Source: Amoebidium appalachense
Taxonomy: Eukaryota; Protista; Ichthyosporea
Assembly (NCBI GenBank): GCA_963693365.1
Contig: CAVNZM010000003.1
Location: forward strand, 3,481,106 to 3,545,105
DNA: 64,000 nt
Direction of reading: 5' to 3'
The notes under the pieces are model-generated. The model made no database searches. It was not told the DNA's origin and was given only the letters and a program-made list of their open reading frames with translations. Both the position numbers and the translations under genes were made by a program. Shown piece after piece: positions 40,665 to 52,827 of the stretch; position 1 is the first letter of the stretch; each line of letters starts with the position of its first letter.

Positions 40665-41454
40665 AAAAGTGGGCAGCAAGCATGGTTCAGAAGCATCTTC
40701 TGGCTATAGTGCGGCGGTAGTTACAGTGTGGGGTGTGATGGGTGGCAGCGGGAAGGAGAAAGTGGTGATAGTGGGAAAGGAGGTTTGGGGGGAGGGGGGG
40801 GGGGGGGGAGAGGGGGGGGGGGGGGGGGGGGGGGAGGAAGAGGGGGGAGGGTTGAGCGGCGTGAATAAAAACTGGTATGAAAGGGTTGGAAAACACGTTA
40901 ACATCAAGGGTTTCTGGGACTTACATAATAACGAGAGCACCGTCCAGATAGTTGGTAGCAAACGTCTGCATCAGGCCACATATTGAATCCAACATCCCCA
41001 TCACAAAGAACTTCATTTGCGGTATTTCCCTCTCCTCCTTACTAATCAGTGTTCCGAACTTTATCATAGGGAAGATGTACATGAAGGAGATGGGTATGTA
41101 TATGAACGTGGAATAGATTGAAAGGAAGAACGGGTAGTTGTGCATGGGAACCGTCTGTAACTTGTTGAAAACCTTGTTTCCCAAACCGATGATCACCATA
41201 GCAACGAAACTAATTGCCAGCATCTTCCCATCTTTCTTCTTTTCCTCCGTCACCGGTGCCACATCCTCTTTTCTGGGTCCCTGTGAGTACGCTGGACGTC
41301 CCTGAGCTGGAGATCTTGGCGCCTGGAGACTTTCCCTTCTCACCCCTTGCTGTAAAACATTGCTCTCTCTTCTCCTCCCAGATTCGGCATCCGAATTCTG
41401 CATCAGAGGGCGGCTTTCGCTGGCGGCGCCGCCCGCCTGCCTCTTAGAGCTCAT
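32063..41454 (-). CDS. CRT-like (chloroquine resistance transporter family, DMT superfamily) membrane transporter, 562 aa. Exons 40925-41454, 38743-38872, 36818-37105, 35587-35759, 33533-33793, 32063-32369
   Basis: Six exons join at GT-AG sites in consistent phase (1689 nt). Family-type segments include [84 protein letters not shown] and GLILYRF, with about 10 hydrophobic helices. Confidence 0.92.
33100..37302 (-). repeat. Intronic degenerate copies of CRT-like exon ends, mostly including the splice site
   Basis: Exon 5 3' end is copied at about 33105, 33215 and 33375. Exon 4 3' end plus donor is copied at about 34630, 34828, 34993, 35182 and 35371. Exon 4 5' end plus acceptor is copied at about 35893 and 36087. 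Exon 3 3' end is copied at about 36555 and exon 3 5' end plus acceptor at 37229-37302. Confidence 0.92.
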
Positions 41455-41813
41455 TTTCTGCTAAATTCTGCTGTGAAAGTAGGTGGTATCTTTTGTCTTC
41501 TGTGCATATACAGTTCTTGTGGGGGGAAAAGATCCTGGAAATAAAAAAGAAAGGCTCAAGATCCAGAGCAATTCGTTGTCAAGAAACGACTAGCTACAGA
41601 GTTTCTGTTAGCATTAGCACTCCCACCAAACAAATTTGGACACTCCAAACAAGGTACACACTTCAAATGAACCACTTTCTATATTACTTAAAAGTCATGT
41701 TCCATGCATTTTTTCCTTGGGACAAATTTTCTTCTGAAGTAAAGGGTTGAAGTGAACTCAGGGAAATCATTCCGAGGGCCGGGTGCGTGCGTCATCGAGC
41801 GTACGAATGTTAC

Positions 41814-42061
41814 CCCCTACACCCGAAGTTTATGATAAGAAATAAACTTTCGGTTCTCGGAACAAAAGTTAGTATTGTTATGATATCAAAACAATATAAA
41901 GAAGCCGAATACTAGTGCTATATGTTCTATTACCTATATACTTTATAGAATTATATTTTTTGACATATGTAATAACAAATGTATAAAGCTGTAGCTTATA
42001 AAGGCTAGCGATGGTGTTTTTGAATCGAACAAAATATGATTTCAAGGATGGGGTGTAGGGG
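41814..42061. mobile_element. Possible small AT-rich MITE upstream of the CRT-like gene
   Basis: 11-bp inverted repeat CCCCTACACCC / GGGTGTAGGGG encloses an AT-rich non-coding interior. The TSD is ambiguous. Confidence 0.45.
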
Positions 42062-43097
42062 TGTTTGTCTTTCTAGAGCTGGTACAACATAGGCACTGGT
42101 ACCGTTTTTTCAACCCCTGCGGTTCACATGACCAAAACCTGTTCATAGTGTGAGCTAATAGAAATACTATTTTTTTAATAAAAAACTGCTTATGCTGCAG
42201 TTATAACCGTTTCTTTTACATCTATTGGGTCACAAAAAGGGCGCAGGGATCTGCGGTTATGAATGCAATCATCTAGTACGGGTACTGGTAACAATGTTCT
42301 CACTGAGTCACCTCGCCATGGCCATGGCACGATGCCGTTTATGTTGAGCGCGCACGCCAGCATTGGGGGGTTCTATGCTGCTTGTGCTTCCTTGTTTTTG
42401 CATACGAGCGATTGCATAGCCCCTGTGAATGGCATTTGCAGATCTGCTATTTGAAACGAGTCCCATGGCCCAAAAACATCCACGTGCACGTTGTCCAGGA
42501 GGGTAACCTTGGTTTTCAGCAGCTGCCTAACCCCCCTCCCCCCCCTCCCCCCTCCCCCCCCCCTCCCCCCTCCAGCCCCGCCCCTCCCAACCCCCCCCCC
42601 CTCCCCGTCCCCCTTCTCCCTTCCCCTCCTCTCCCACTTCCCCTACACCCCCCCCCCCCCCCCCCCCCCCCCCCCTTCTCCCCATGTAGGAGGATGCCGG
42701 GTAAAGGCAACGTGTGTGTGTGTGTTCGTGCATCGGCGCACCCACACGATAATGTCGGGGTTCTCTGCGAAAGCCGTGGCATGGGCTAGTGGGGTGGTGT
42801 GGAGTGGGTGGGTGGGTAGGTGGGTGGGGCGGGGGGGGGGGGGGGGGGGGGTGGGGGGGGATGGAGAGGGGAGGGGGGGGGGAGGGTAAGGAGGGGTTGC
42901 GTGTGTGTGTATCTGTGTGTGTGTGTGTCTGTGTGTGTGTGTGTAGGTGTGTGTATGTGTGTGTGTGGGGGGGGGGGGAGAGTGCTGTTTGCAGGGAAGC
43001 ACCAAACCTAACGGACACGGGTGTTGCAAAGCCTAGAAGCGCAAGAATTTCCATCTTCTTCTTTTTCTTCTTCTTTTCTTTTTTTTGGGGGGGGGGT

Positions 43098-43131
<34 letters not shown>

Positions 43132-43756
43132 GGGGGGGGCAGCCGCGGGCGCGGGCGCAGGGGGGGGGGGGGGGGGGGAGGGGCAGGAGCGGGCGGGGGC
43201 GCAGGGGGGGGGGGGGGGGGGGAAGGGGGGGGGGAGGGGGGCAGGCATTCAAAAGTGCTTTTTTTTTTTTTCTGGGGGGGGGGGGGGGGGGGGGGGGGCA
43301 TTCAAAGGCGCTGTCCTATGGGGACTTAGCAAGGAAATTCATCAACACATGACTTTAAAAATCATTGATGGAAAATGGAACAAGTGAGAGATCACAAATA
43401 CCTCAGGTATGATGACATGCTAGTGATCATTATATACGTATAAGTGTTTAATGATGTGGTCATTATCATAGTACTAATATTCCTAAATATTTATTTGTAT
43501 TCATTAGTGCTTATCAAGCAAGGGTAGTGGCGCACACTGCTAGTGTGCCATTGAACGTGAGGTAACCTTTTAAATTTATCTACTCAAGTGCTTGCCAGAA
43601 AGCAATTCATCAAAGAGGTGACATAAAATACTAGAAAAAATTGTTAAAAGAATGGTTTTTTTTATTTTAATTAATAGCTAAATTTGTGTCGCAGTGGATT
43701 CTGAGAAGTGTCGACCTCTCCAGAGAGAATTCGTTTTGCGCGCAGCTATCTATATC

Positions 43757-43810
<54 letters not shown>

Positions 43811-44201
43811 TGATGCGAGTAAGGTTGCTGAGGGGGCAGTGTTATATCAAGTGCAGGAGGGGCAGGATCGAGTGATTGCCTATGCTAGTTGTTCATTTAG
43901 TAAAAGTGAACGTAGATATAGCAATCCGGAGAGAGAGTCCCATGCTATCTTTTGGGCAGTCTCACAGGCATGGAGGTATATTCTCGCAGGCAGGACGTTC
44001 GAGGTCTACACCGACCACAAGCCCTGCCTAGCCATGGCCGGCACCACTCGTCTGGTCAACGAGAGGATGCAGAAGTGGGCCGCGGCTCTCGGTGAGTTCT
44101 CCTATAAATTGTTTTATGCCAAGGGTGAAAAAATGGTTGACTGTGATGCTCTCTCTCGTGCTGCTTATATTTTGTTTGAAGAAGAGAAGGAGGGGGAGGG
44201 G

Positions 44202-44966
44202 TGTTGGAGTACACTGGTACTCCCGGCTAGCAATGTCTGTTAGAGAAAGTTTCTGAGCAATTGAATAACTGTTTCAACACTCACTCGAGTGCATAGAGCT
44301 TTTGTTTACGGTCATATTCATATATGGTAGTTATATGTTTGAGCCAAAACTGTACCAATGACGAGCTTCACTAGCAACGTGCTAATTGTGCTCATTAATT
44401 AATATTCCCGGTTCAGATGATGTCATGTCTATATTTGCCACAGGATTCTATTCTTAGAGTGGTAGTGTGCTTTATTCCCGGATATTCTCAGAATATTTTT
44501 AGTTGTGTGAAGCAAGATTTACGTTTAACTGCAATTGGTGTGTTAAACACGTTTATTTGTGTGCTTTAGTGCAAGTTAACTAGCCACTCAACGTGCACAG
44601 TTAACTTTTATATCTTTAACGACTTGTTTTCATTGTGCTCTCTTTTCGGCCATGCTGTACATGGCCCACCACCAGGGTGCACACGAGGCCACCATGAGGT
44701 GGCCAACGACTATATAAAGCAGTGCCTCCCATGTCACAAACATGGGAAGCAGAACGTTTGATTTACACTTTTCTACTGTCGTTTCCAGTGCACAAAACAC
44801 ATAGACTAGTTACCCATCATACACGACACTATGTCTGACAACTTACAGTTGCAGCAACTAGTCCAACTACTGGAGCAGAGGTTGGCCTCACAAGATGCAA
44901 TCATTTCTGACTTACAGAAGGAACAACGTGCACTAGAACTAGCTTCTATGAACACAATGTCCAACA
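44202..44966 (+). repeat. Copia 5' LTR (TATA-like tatataaa at 44711)
   Basis: Direct repeat of 49315-50079 with 7-bp terminal inverted repeats. Confidence 0.96.
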
Positions 44967-47900
44967 GGGTTATGGGCCCCTCACGTAATGATTCCATCAA
45001 GTTCAAGGTCGACATCCCTCTCTTCACTGGCATTGATAATGATTCAGGCACGGACTACCACACATGGGCCGAAACCATGTATGTCCAGCTTTCTGGTGCT
45101 GGTCTTCTCCACACCATCGCGCCCAGTACGGAGCACCCGGCTACCCGTGAACAGGTCGACACTGCCCGTTCCTACCTGTGGCAAGCACTCTCGATTGACG
45201 TGCGTTGTATCCTAGGGTTAACACGCACCACCACACCTGCGGAGATATGGTCGGCCCTATCTGCCCACTACCTGGAGCAATCTGAGGCCAATCAGTACGA
45301 CCTTATCGGGCTGTACATGAATTCTACGCCTGAACCTACGGACACCGCGACGAAATACGCCATGAAACTCCGCGGCTACGTGCGGCGCCTGGCCGATTAC
45401 GGCACACAAATTGGTGATGCTCAAGTGCTGACCAAGCTCACCAACGACCTCGGCAAGGTGCCTTACTACGAAATGCCTGTAATTGCCTACAAGATGACAC
45501 CCAAGCCTACCGTGATGGGCCTCCTCCAACAGCTACGGGCATATGAGACCAGCCACCCACGTGCACGTGTGACTACCAGCTCCGGGCCGGCCGCCTTCAC
45601 CACACGGGCTCCTCAACCTGTCATCTGCCACGGCTGCGGCAAACCAGGCCACATCAAGTCTCAGTGCCCCAACGGCAACGGCCAACACAGCAACTCTGGC
45701 AACAACCGTGCCAGCACCTACCCCAAGGGTTCCTGCGTCAACCACCCACTGTCTACCAGTCACACTACCGCCATGTGCAAGGGGGGCAACCGTGCCAACG
45801 GCCGCAAACCTAAGGGTGGTCCCCTCCTGCCTGGGTCCTGCATCAACCACCCTGCCTCTACTACCCACACTACGGCACAGTGCAAGGGGGGGGCTGCCGC
45901 TCCCCGGGCTTTCCTCATGTCTAGCAACGACTGTGGCACCAACAAGGTGCTCCTCGACTCTGGAGCCACTGACCATGTGTGCCCCCGGCCCGATGTGTTC
46001 ATCAACATGCGTGCGGCGCCTTACTCCACGGTCCAAGTAGCCGACAAGGGTGCATGTGCAGTGCTTGGGGTGGGCGACGTGTTCTTTTCCAGCACCATCG
46101 ACGGCGTTACTGCGGTGCATCAGCTGACGGATGTACTCTACGTGCCCTCCATCCCCGACACTCTCATCAGTGTGTTCACGGCAACTACCAACGGTGTTTT
46201 ACCCCGCTTTGACACCCGCGGCGGCGTTAAGTTGTGCTACGGCGATCAAATTCTGGCCACCGGCTCGGCTGTCGGCACCAAGCTGTACCACATGGCGGTG
46301 TCTCTTCTGCGCGCGGACACAACCCCGGACGCCCAAACCACCACTGCTCCGCGTATCCTCAAGGTTACTGCCGACCTCAACACGTGGCACTACCGTCTGG
46401 GCCATGCTGGCATTGACGCTGTACGCTCGGTCATCAAGTCTGCAGGCCTGTTGGTGGGTGGCGGTGCCAAGTCTCCGGGTGTGTGTGAGCCCTGTGCCCT
46501 CGGCAAAGCCCACCGTGTTGCCTTCTCCGAATCAACTAGCCAAGCTCCCCGGGTCCTAGCCAAGGTTCACAGCGACATCAGCGGCCCCTTCCCTCCCGCG
46601 ATCGGTGGTGCTCAGTACTTGGCGACGTTCCACGACGAATTCACCGGCCACACCACGGCCGTGCCCCTCGTCAAGAAGTCGGACACACTGGCTGCATATG
46701 TGACGTACCACAAGGCGGCGGTTACCCAACACGGTGTTCCCATGCAGGTGTTTCAGTCCGACGGGGGGGCGAGTACATGGGCACGGCCTTCGGGGACTAC
46801 AACCGTGAGCATGGCATTCGCCATCAGATCACTACCACCGGCTCTCCTCAACAGAATGGGACTGCCGAACGACTGAACCGGACCCTCCTCGACATGGTTC
46901 GGGCACTCCTGCAGCAGTCCGGCCTTCCGGTGGGATTCTGGGCCGAGGCAGCTGTGACCGCGGCTTTTATACGCAACATGCTCCCGTCGCGAGCCACCGG
47001 CAGCCAATCGTCTCCCGCTCTGCTGTGGACCGGCATTCCTCCCGACTACAGCCGGCTCCGTGTCTGGGGCTCTCCCTGCTACGTCCATCAACAGGATACA
47101 CCGAAACTGGCGCCTCGTGCCGTCAAGGGCGTCTTCGTGGGCTACCCTCCTAACATCAAGGGCTACAAGGTCTGGATTCCAGCAGCACACAAGATGACCG
47201 TCAGCCGTGACGTGCAGTTCGACGAGGCTGCTATTCTGCACCCCCTCCGTGATGTCCCATCTGATTGGTCGACCGCACCGGCAATTCATCATTTTTTGGA
47301 GTCATCTGATTCGTCAAATCAGCCAGCCAATCACATCGTCCGGAATGATCAGCAATCTGATTCGTCTCGTCTGTCAGCCAATGGGACAGCGCCGAGTGAT
47401 CAATTGGACATTCCGATCCTGCCCGAGCCTGCACATCGGCTCCCCCGGACGACCCGTAGTGGCGCTGTGTACAACGACCAACGTCGAGGCCCGACTGCCA
47501 ACGTGGCTGCTGCTACGGCCCCCCTTGCCCCCCAGGCTACGGCTCCTGCATCAACACCCATCAAGGCTTCCACCATTGTTGTCCCCAAGACTGTCCGGGC
47601 TGCACTCAAGAGTCCCCAGCGTCTGAAATGGGAGGAGGCTGCACACCGTGAGCTCAAGGCCCTGGAAGACAACGGCACCTTCACCCTTGTGCCCCGTCCA
47701 GAGGATGGCTCCACTGTCATTCCGGTCGGCTGGGTCTTTACGGTCAAGCAGGACAACGTCGGCAACGTCACTGCTTTCAAGGCCCGGCTTGTGGCCCGGG
47801 GCAACTACCAGCAGCCTGGCCAGGACTATTTCGTCACCGAGTCACCTGTGGCTGCGCTGGCTACCATCCGGCTGGTTTTGGCTACCTCCGTGGCCCAAGG

Positions 47901-49128
47901 TCTGCCTCTGCGCCACATCGACGTCAACACAGCATTCCTCAACGGCACCGTCAACGAGACCATCTACATTGAGCAGCCCCCTGGCTTCGTCAACCCCTCG
48001 GCCCCCCATGCTGTCGGCTTGCTCCACAAGGCGCTCTACGGCCTAAAACAGGCACCGCGCCAGTGGTATGAGGCCCTCCGTGACCATCTCCTCGACCAAG
48101 GCTTCATTGTGAGTGCTGCTGACCCGTGCCTGTTCATCAAGAATGCCGGGACCCCAACATTTATTGCCCTTGCTGCCTACGTGGATGACTTCACCGTGAC
48201 GGCCGCCACTGATGCGCTCATCGACGATTTTTTCACCAAGCTGGATGCTCGTTTCTCTGCCAAGGACCTGGGTCGTCCTACCCTGCTCATCGGGCACACT
48301 CTTACCTGGCTGGAGGACGGGTCTCTGCGTCTGGGCCATCGTCAACACATCATCGACTTGGCTGCCCGTTTTCGTCTCACCCACATGTCCGGCACCAAGA
48401 CCCCCATCGTCCCGGGCCAGGCCAGTGAAAGCAACAAGACCCCAGCCTACAGCAAGAAGGAGGACTATGCCAGCCTGGTCGGTGCCCTGCTGTGGATTGC
48501 GCGTACCACCCGCCCCGACATTTCCCAGGCTCTGGGAGTCCTTACTCGACACATTCATGCGCCCACCGTCACCCACTGGACTATGGCTACCAGAGTTGTA
48601 AGCTACCTGCTGGCCACCATCGACCTGGGTATTGTCTACCGTCCCGGCCCCCCCAACCTTGTTGGCTACTCCGACTCCGACTACGCCGAGGACCGCGACA
48701 CCCGGCGCTCCACCACGGGCTATGTCTTCTTCATAAACTCCTCCCCTGTGTCCTGGGTGTCTCGGCTCCAGTCCATCACCACCCACAGCTCCACTGAGGC
48801 TGAATTTGTGGCCATGTCTGCTGCTACGAACGAGGCCCTATGGCTCAACTATGTGATGGACGACCTGGGCCTTAATCCTATCAATGAGCCCACCCCGGTG
48901 CCCATCCATGGGGACAATGAGTCTGCCCGGGCCCTGCTGGACACCCTGGGGGTTAAGCCCAAGACCAAGCACATCGACGTCCGCTACTGCTCCGTCAAGG
49001 AACATCACCTGCTGGGCAACATCACTGTGGTCCCGGTGGCTTCTGCTGACAACAAGGCCGACATGTTCACCAAGGCCCTGTCTGCCTCTTTCTTCACCAA
49101 GGCCGTGGGGATGCTCAACATGTGCTGA
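44831..49128 (+). CDS. Copia Gag-Pol polyprotein with one 1-nt frameshift at G7 (46763-46769)
   Basis: CHGCGKPGHIKSQC knuckle, protease LDSGATDH, WHYRLGH..CEPC, VHSDISGP, SDGG(G)EY, QQNGTAERLNRTL, RT FKARLVARG / ALYGLKQAPRQW / AYVDD, and RNase H GYSDSDYA..RRSTTGY, KHIDVRY, ADMFTKAL. One extra G would fuse ORFs 44831-46876 and 46777-49128. Confidence 0.93.
44968..44979 (+). promoter_or_regulatory. Primer-binding site of the half-tRNA(iMet) type
   Basis: GGTTATGGGCCC directly follows the LTR and is the same type as the Drosophila copia and yeast Ty5 PBS. Confidence 0.85.
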
Positions 49129-49314
49129 GCACCCGTCATCAACCAACTGCGCCCTCATACTTCAGGGGGGGGGAGAGAGTTGCATCCGACTGTGCAACTA
49201 CGTGTACCATACTAAAATTGAGTAGGGGAATCTTTATTGTCTGTATTTTGTGCACCTGAAGCACTCGAGCTCAGTTGCATTAATTCATACCACAATTATC
49301 CAATTGAGTAGGGG

Positions 49315-50079
49315 TGTTGGAGTACACTGGTACTCCCGGCTAGCAATGTCTGTTAGAGAAAGTTTCTGAGCAATTGAATAACTGTTTCAACACTCACTCG
49401 AGTGCATAGAGCTTTTGTTTACGGTCATATTCATATATGGTAGTTATATGTTTGAGCCAAAACTGTACCAATGACGAGCTTCACTAGCAACGTGCTAATT
49501 GTGCTCATTAATTAATATTCCCGGTTCAGATGATGTCATGTCTATATTTGCCACAGGATTCTATTCTTAGAGTGGTAGTGTGCTTTATTCCCGGATATTC
49601 TCAGAATATTTTTAGTTGTGTGAAGCAAGATTTACGTTTAACTGCAATTGGTGTGTTAAACACGTTTATTTGTGTGCTTTAGTGCAAGTTAACTAGCCAC
49701 TCAACGTGCACAGTTAACTTTTATATCTTTAACGACTTGTTTTCATTGTGCTCTCTTTTCGGCCATGCTGTACATGGCCCACCACCAGGGTGCACACGAG
49801 GCCACCATGAGGTGGCCAACGACTATATAAAGCAGTGCCTCCCATGTCACAAACATGGGAAGCAGAACGTTTGATTTACACTTTTCTACTGTCGTTTCCA
49901 GTGCACAAAACACATAGACTAGTTACCCATCATACACGACACTATGTCTGACAACTTACAGTTGCAGCAACTAGTCCAACTACTGGAGCAGAGGTTGGCC
50001 TCACAAGATGCAATCATTTCTGACTTACAGAAGGAACAACGTGCACTAGAACTAGCTTCTATGAACACAATGTCCAACA
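49315..50079 (+). repeat. Copia 3' LTR
   Basis: Preceded by the PPT (49306-49314) and followed by the TSD. Confidence 0.96.
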
Positions 50080-52229
50080 AGGGGGGGGCTAGTGAGAGAC
50101 GGGGGGGGGAGGGGGGTAAGGGGGGGGAGAGTGAGCAGAAAAGAATAGAGGCTGTGTATGTTGATGTGTCTTCTTGGGCTCCGGGGTTGCTTGCTTATAA
50201 GTGTCGGGCAGGGGGGGGGGAGGTATTTGTCGGTATCTGAGGTCGGGACCGAGTCTCATGGCTCGGCCCCTGCCTTAGCACCTACGGCTTTGATCTTAGC
50301 TCAGGAAGAAGATGTGTTGATTGGTCTGGTTAAGAATTATTTAAAGGGGCCGGTTGATTCGATTAAATTTAAAATTAAAGGCAGATGATTAAGGTAGCTA
50401 AGTTTGCAAAAATGTGTCAGGTAGAGCAGGATTTAGTTTATCATTGTTCTGGGCCAGACGGACACCGAGTTTGGGTCCCGACGGCACTTGTGCCCGAGGT
50501 TTTGCATATGGTGCATGAGCATCCCATGGCTGGTCATTTCAAAGTGTAAACAGGACTTTGCTTCGTGTTAATCGTTCATATTATTGGCCGGGTATGAGTA
50601 GGGAGGTGAGGGATTATGTATTGTCATGCATGCATTGTCAGGAGAGGAATGAGAGTCCCCACTCTCGTTCCCGCCCGTCGTTTATTAGGGATTTTAATGT
50701 TCGTATGTTTGAACGGTAGCAGTAGATGTGGTTGGTCCTTTTAATTCTACGGTTGAGGGTAACACTGTTCTCGTTACCGTGACCGACGTGGCCACTCGTT
50801 GGGTTGAAGTTTTTCCTCTTCCCACTGCTAATGCCGTTTTGTTTGCTCGTATTTTTGTGGACGAAATTTGTCTTAGGTTTGGTTGTCCTCGTGTTTTGTT
50901 AACGGATAGGAGCTAGTGTGTTTTCAAATCAGTTGGTTTCGGAGGTTTGTAAAATTTTAAGGGTAGCCCATATCACTACGTCTGCATATCACCCTCAAGT
51001 AAATGCCATCTCTGAACGTGTGCATGCAGTGTTTCAGAAGTCCTTTGGCAAAATGGTTGATGTGGAGGCTAATGATTGGGATCATATGTCTAGGTTTATT
51101 CCTCATTCGTATAATTCTACCCCTCATGCTGTGACTGGTTTCTCTCCGTTTTATTTGGTCTATGGGCAGGAGGCTATTAGTTTGTTAGATACGGCACTTT
51201 TGCCGATGGGGGGGACTGACAGACTAACTTATCCCCACTGGACTGAGTTCCGGGAGCAGCTACTAACCCGGGCCCGGGCTGCACGTGACGCAGCTCTGGC
51301 CCGTACACAGCAGGCACATGTACAGGCACGTGCAGACGTGTCCACGCGTCCGTTACGTGAATTCGCCGAGGGTACTTTAGTTTTAATTAGGGATCATACT
51401 AGGAAAAAGAGATATAAGCAGGAGCAAGAAGGTAAGGGTGAAGGTGAAGGTCTTCGTAAGTATGGTAAGAAGTGGTTGCCTCTTTTCATTGGTCCGTATA
51501 AAGTAGTGGCTAGGTTAGGTCCGACGGAATATAAGGCGCAGAGGTTAGATAATGAGAGTGATGTTAGGTATTATAATGTAGACGATATAAAGGAATATTA
51601 TGATAGGGCCCTTAGGATAAAACGGCCGAAGGGCCGTGGAGTGTTAGATGCATTCACACCCGACTACGACGGGTCGATGGATGTATCGGAGGCTGCCGTA
51701 GATAAAATTATCGATAAAAGGGTCATCGAAGGTAAGGAAGCTTAAGGTAAGGTAAATTATTATTTAATTCGTTTTGAGGGAGGTTATCAGGAGGATCAGT
51801 GGTTGCCTGAGTTTCATTTGGATTGCTCGTTTTCTATTCGTGCTTATGAGGCTAGGTTAGTGCAGAGGGAGTTGCCTAGTGCTCCCTCTAAGGCCGAAGA
51901 GACTTATTCCTCAATTTAATCGTGGTGGGAAAAAGTCGGTGAGAGAGGGGGCCGGGGGGGGAGTGATGCAAATACACGTAGACACACGGGGGGAGGGGGG
52001 GAGGGGGGGGGGGGAGACCGAGGAGGAGTGTGAACGTAGTCGTGGGAATTTAATTTATTATCATAGGTGTCTCCGTAGGTATCAAGCTTATGGTGTAGAT
52101 TAATTTATTATTTTCTTCGCAATTTATTTAATTTTTGGGAGACTGATTAGTCTGTCTTTTTAGCGGGTGTTAGGTGTAATGTGACTGAGGTGGGACTCAG
52201 CTTTTCCGGGGGCCGGGGGGGGGGGAGTT

Positions 52230-52827
52230 TGTACAGAGTTGACATATACTAATCCGTCTCAGCAGATCATCCTAAGTCTACGATCAAGATCGGGGGGGGG
52301 GGGGGGGGGGGGGGGGGGTCCACAGATCATCAAGATCAAGTCCGGGGCCTCAAGATAGATAACAGCTGCGGGCATCTTGTCTCTGCCAAATGTATGTATA
52401 TACATATTGTAGTACAGGAAAGAGTAGAGGGTGGGGAGGGGGGGAGATAGTATGAAATGTAGATTTAGACTCTGCGGTGCCACTAGGGGAAGGGAGAGGG
52501 GAGAGACTAAGATATTTATATTAGTGTGAGCCAATAGACTTAGCTCGTGCAGGCGCACGATAGAGTTCCTTAGATCGGAATGTAGTGATCGAGTGGAACA
52601 CCTAGGTGTATGGCACCATCCAGTAGTATTGCCCACTAATCGGAATGTATGGAATGTGGCATCGTAGGGGGGCCAAGTGATGATGATCTCTGAGGGCACG
52701 GCCTTGATGGCCGCAGTAGTGTGACTTAGCTTGATTCCGTACGGATCTCAGGTTGCCCGTCGGAGCCTGGCCTGTAATAAACTTTACCGTTTTTTCGTAC
52801 ACGTTTGTTCCTTTCCGTGTGTGTACA
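52230..52827 (+). repeat. Candidate 3' LTR of the gypsy element
   Basis: Begins TGTACA just after a G-rich PPT and ends at TGTACA 52822-52827. No partner LTR in the window confirms the end. Confidence 0.5.

Larger units (their letters stand above)
44202..50079 (+). mobile_element. Full-length young Ty1/copia LTR retrotransposon (5878 bp)
   Basis: Two 765-bp LTRs (TGTTGGA...TCCAACA) that look identical by eye, TSD AGGGG (44197-44201 and 50080-50084), PBS GGTTATGGGCCC, PPT GAGTAGGGG, and domain order gag-PR-IN-RT-RH. Confidence 0.97.
43809..52827 (+). mobile_element. Decayed Ty3/gypsy LTR retrotransposon with chromodomain-like integrase tail, 5'-truncated, interrupted by the copia element
   Basis: RNase H (DASKVAEGAVLYQ...IAYAS...YTDHKP...DALSR, 43812-44160). 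Integrase zinc-binding region (HEHPMAGH, YWPGMSREVRDYVLSCMHCQ, about 50510-50645). Integrase core (VTDVATRW, TSAYHPQVNAISER, YNSTPH..TGFSPF, FIGPYKV). Chromo-like VDKIIDKR..YLIRFEG..DQWLPE at about 51700-51815. Several stops and frameshifts. PPT at about 52208-52227 precedes a candidate 3' LTR. Confidence 0.88.

Noticed and set aside
46763-46769. Programmed ribosomal frameshift in the copia element
   Set aside because: It falls inside the integrase catalytic SDGGGEY motif rather than at the gag/pol boundary. A homopolymer indel is simpler.
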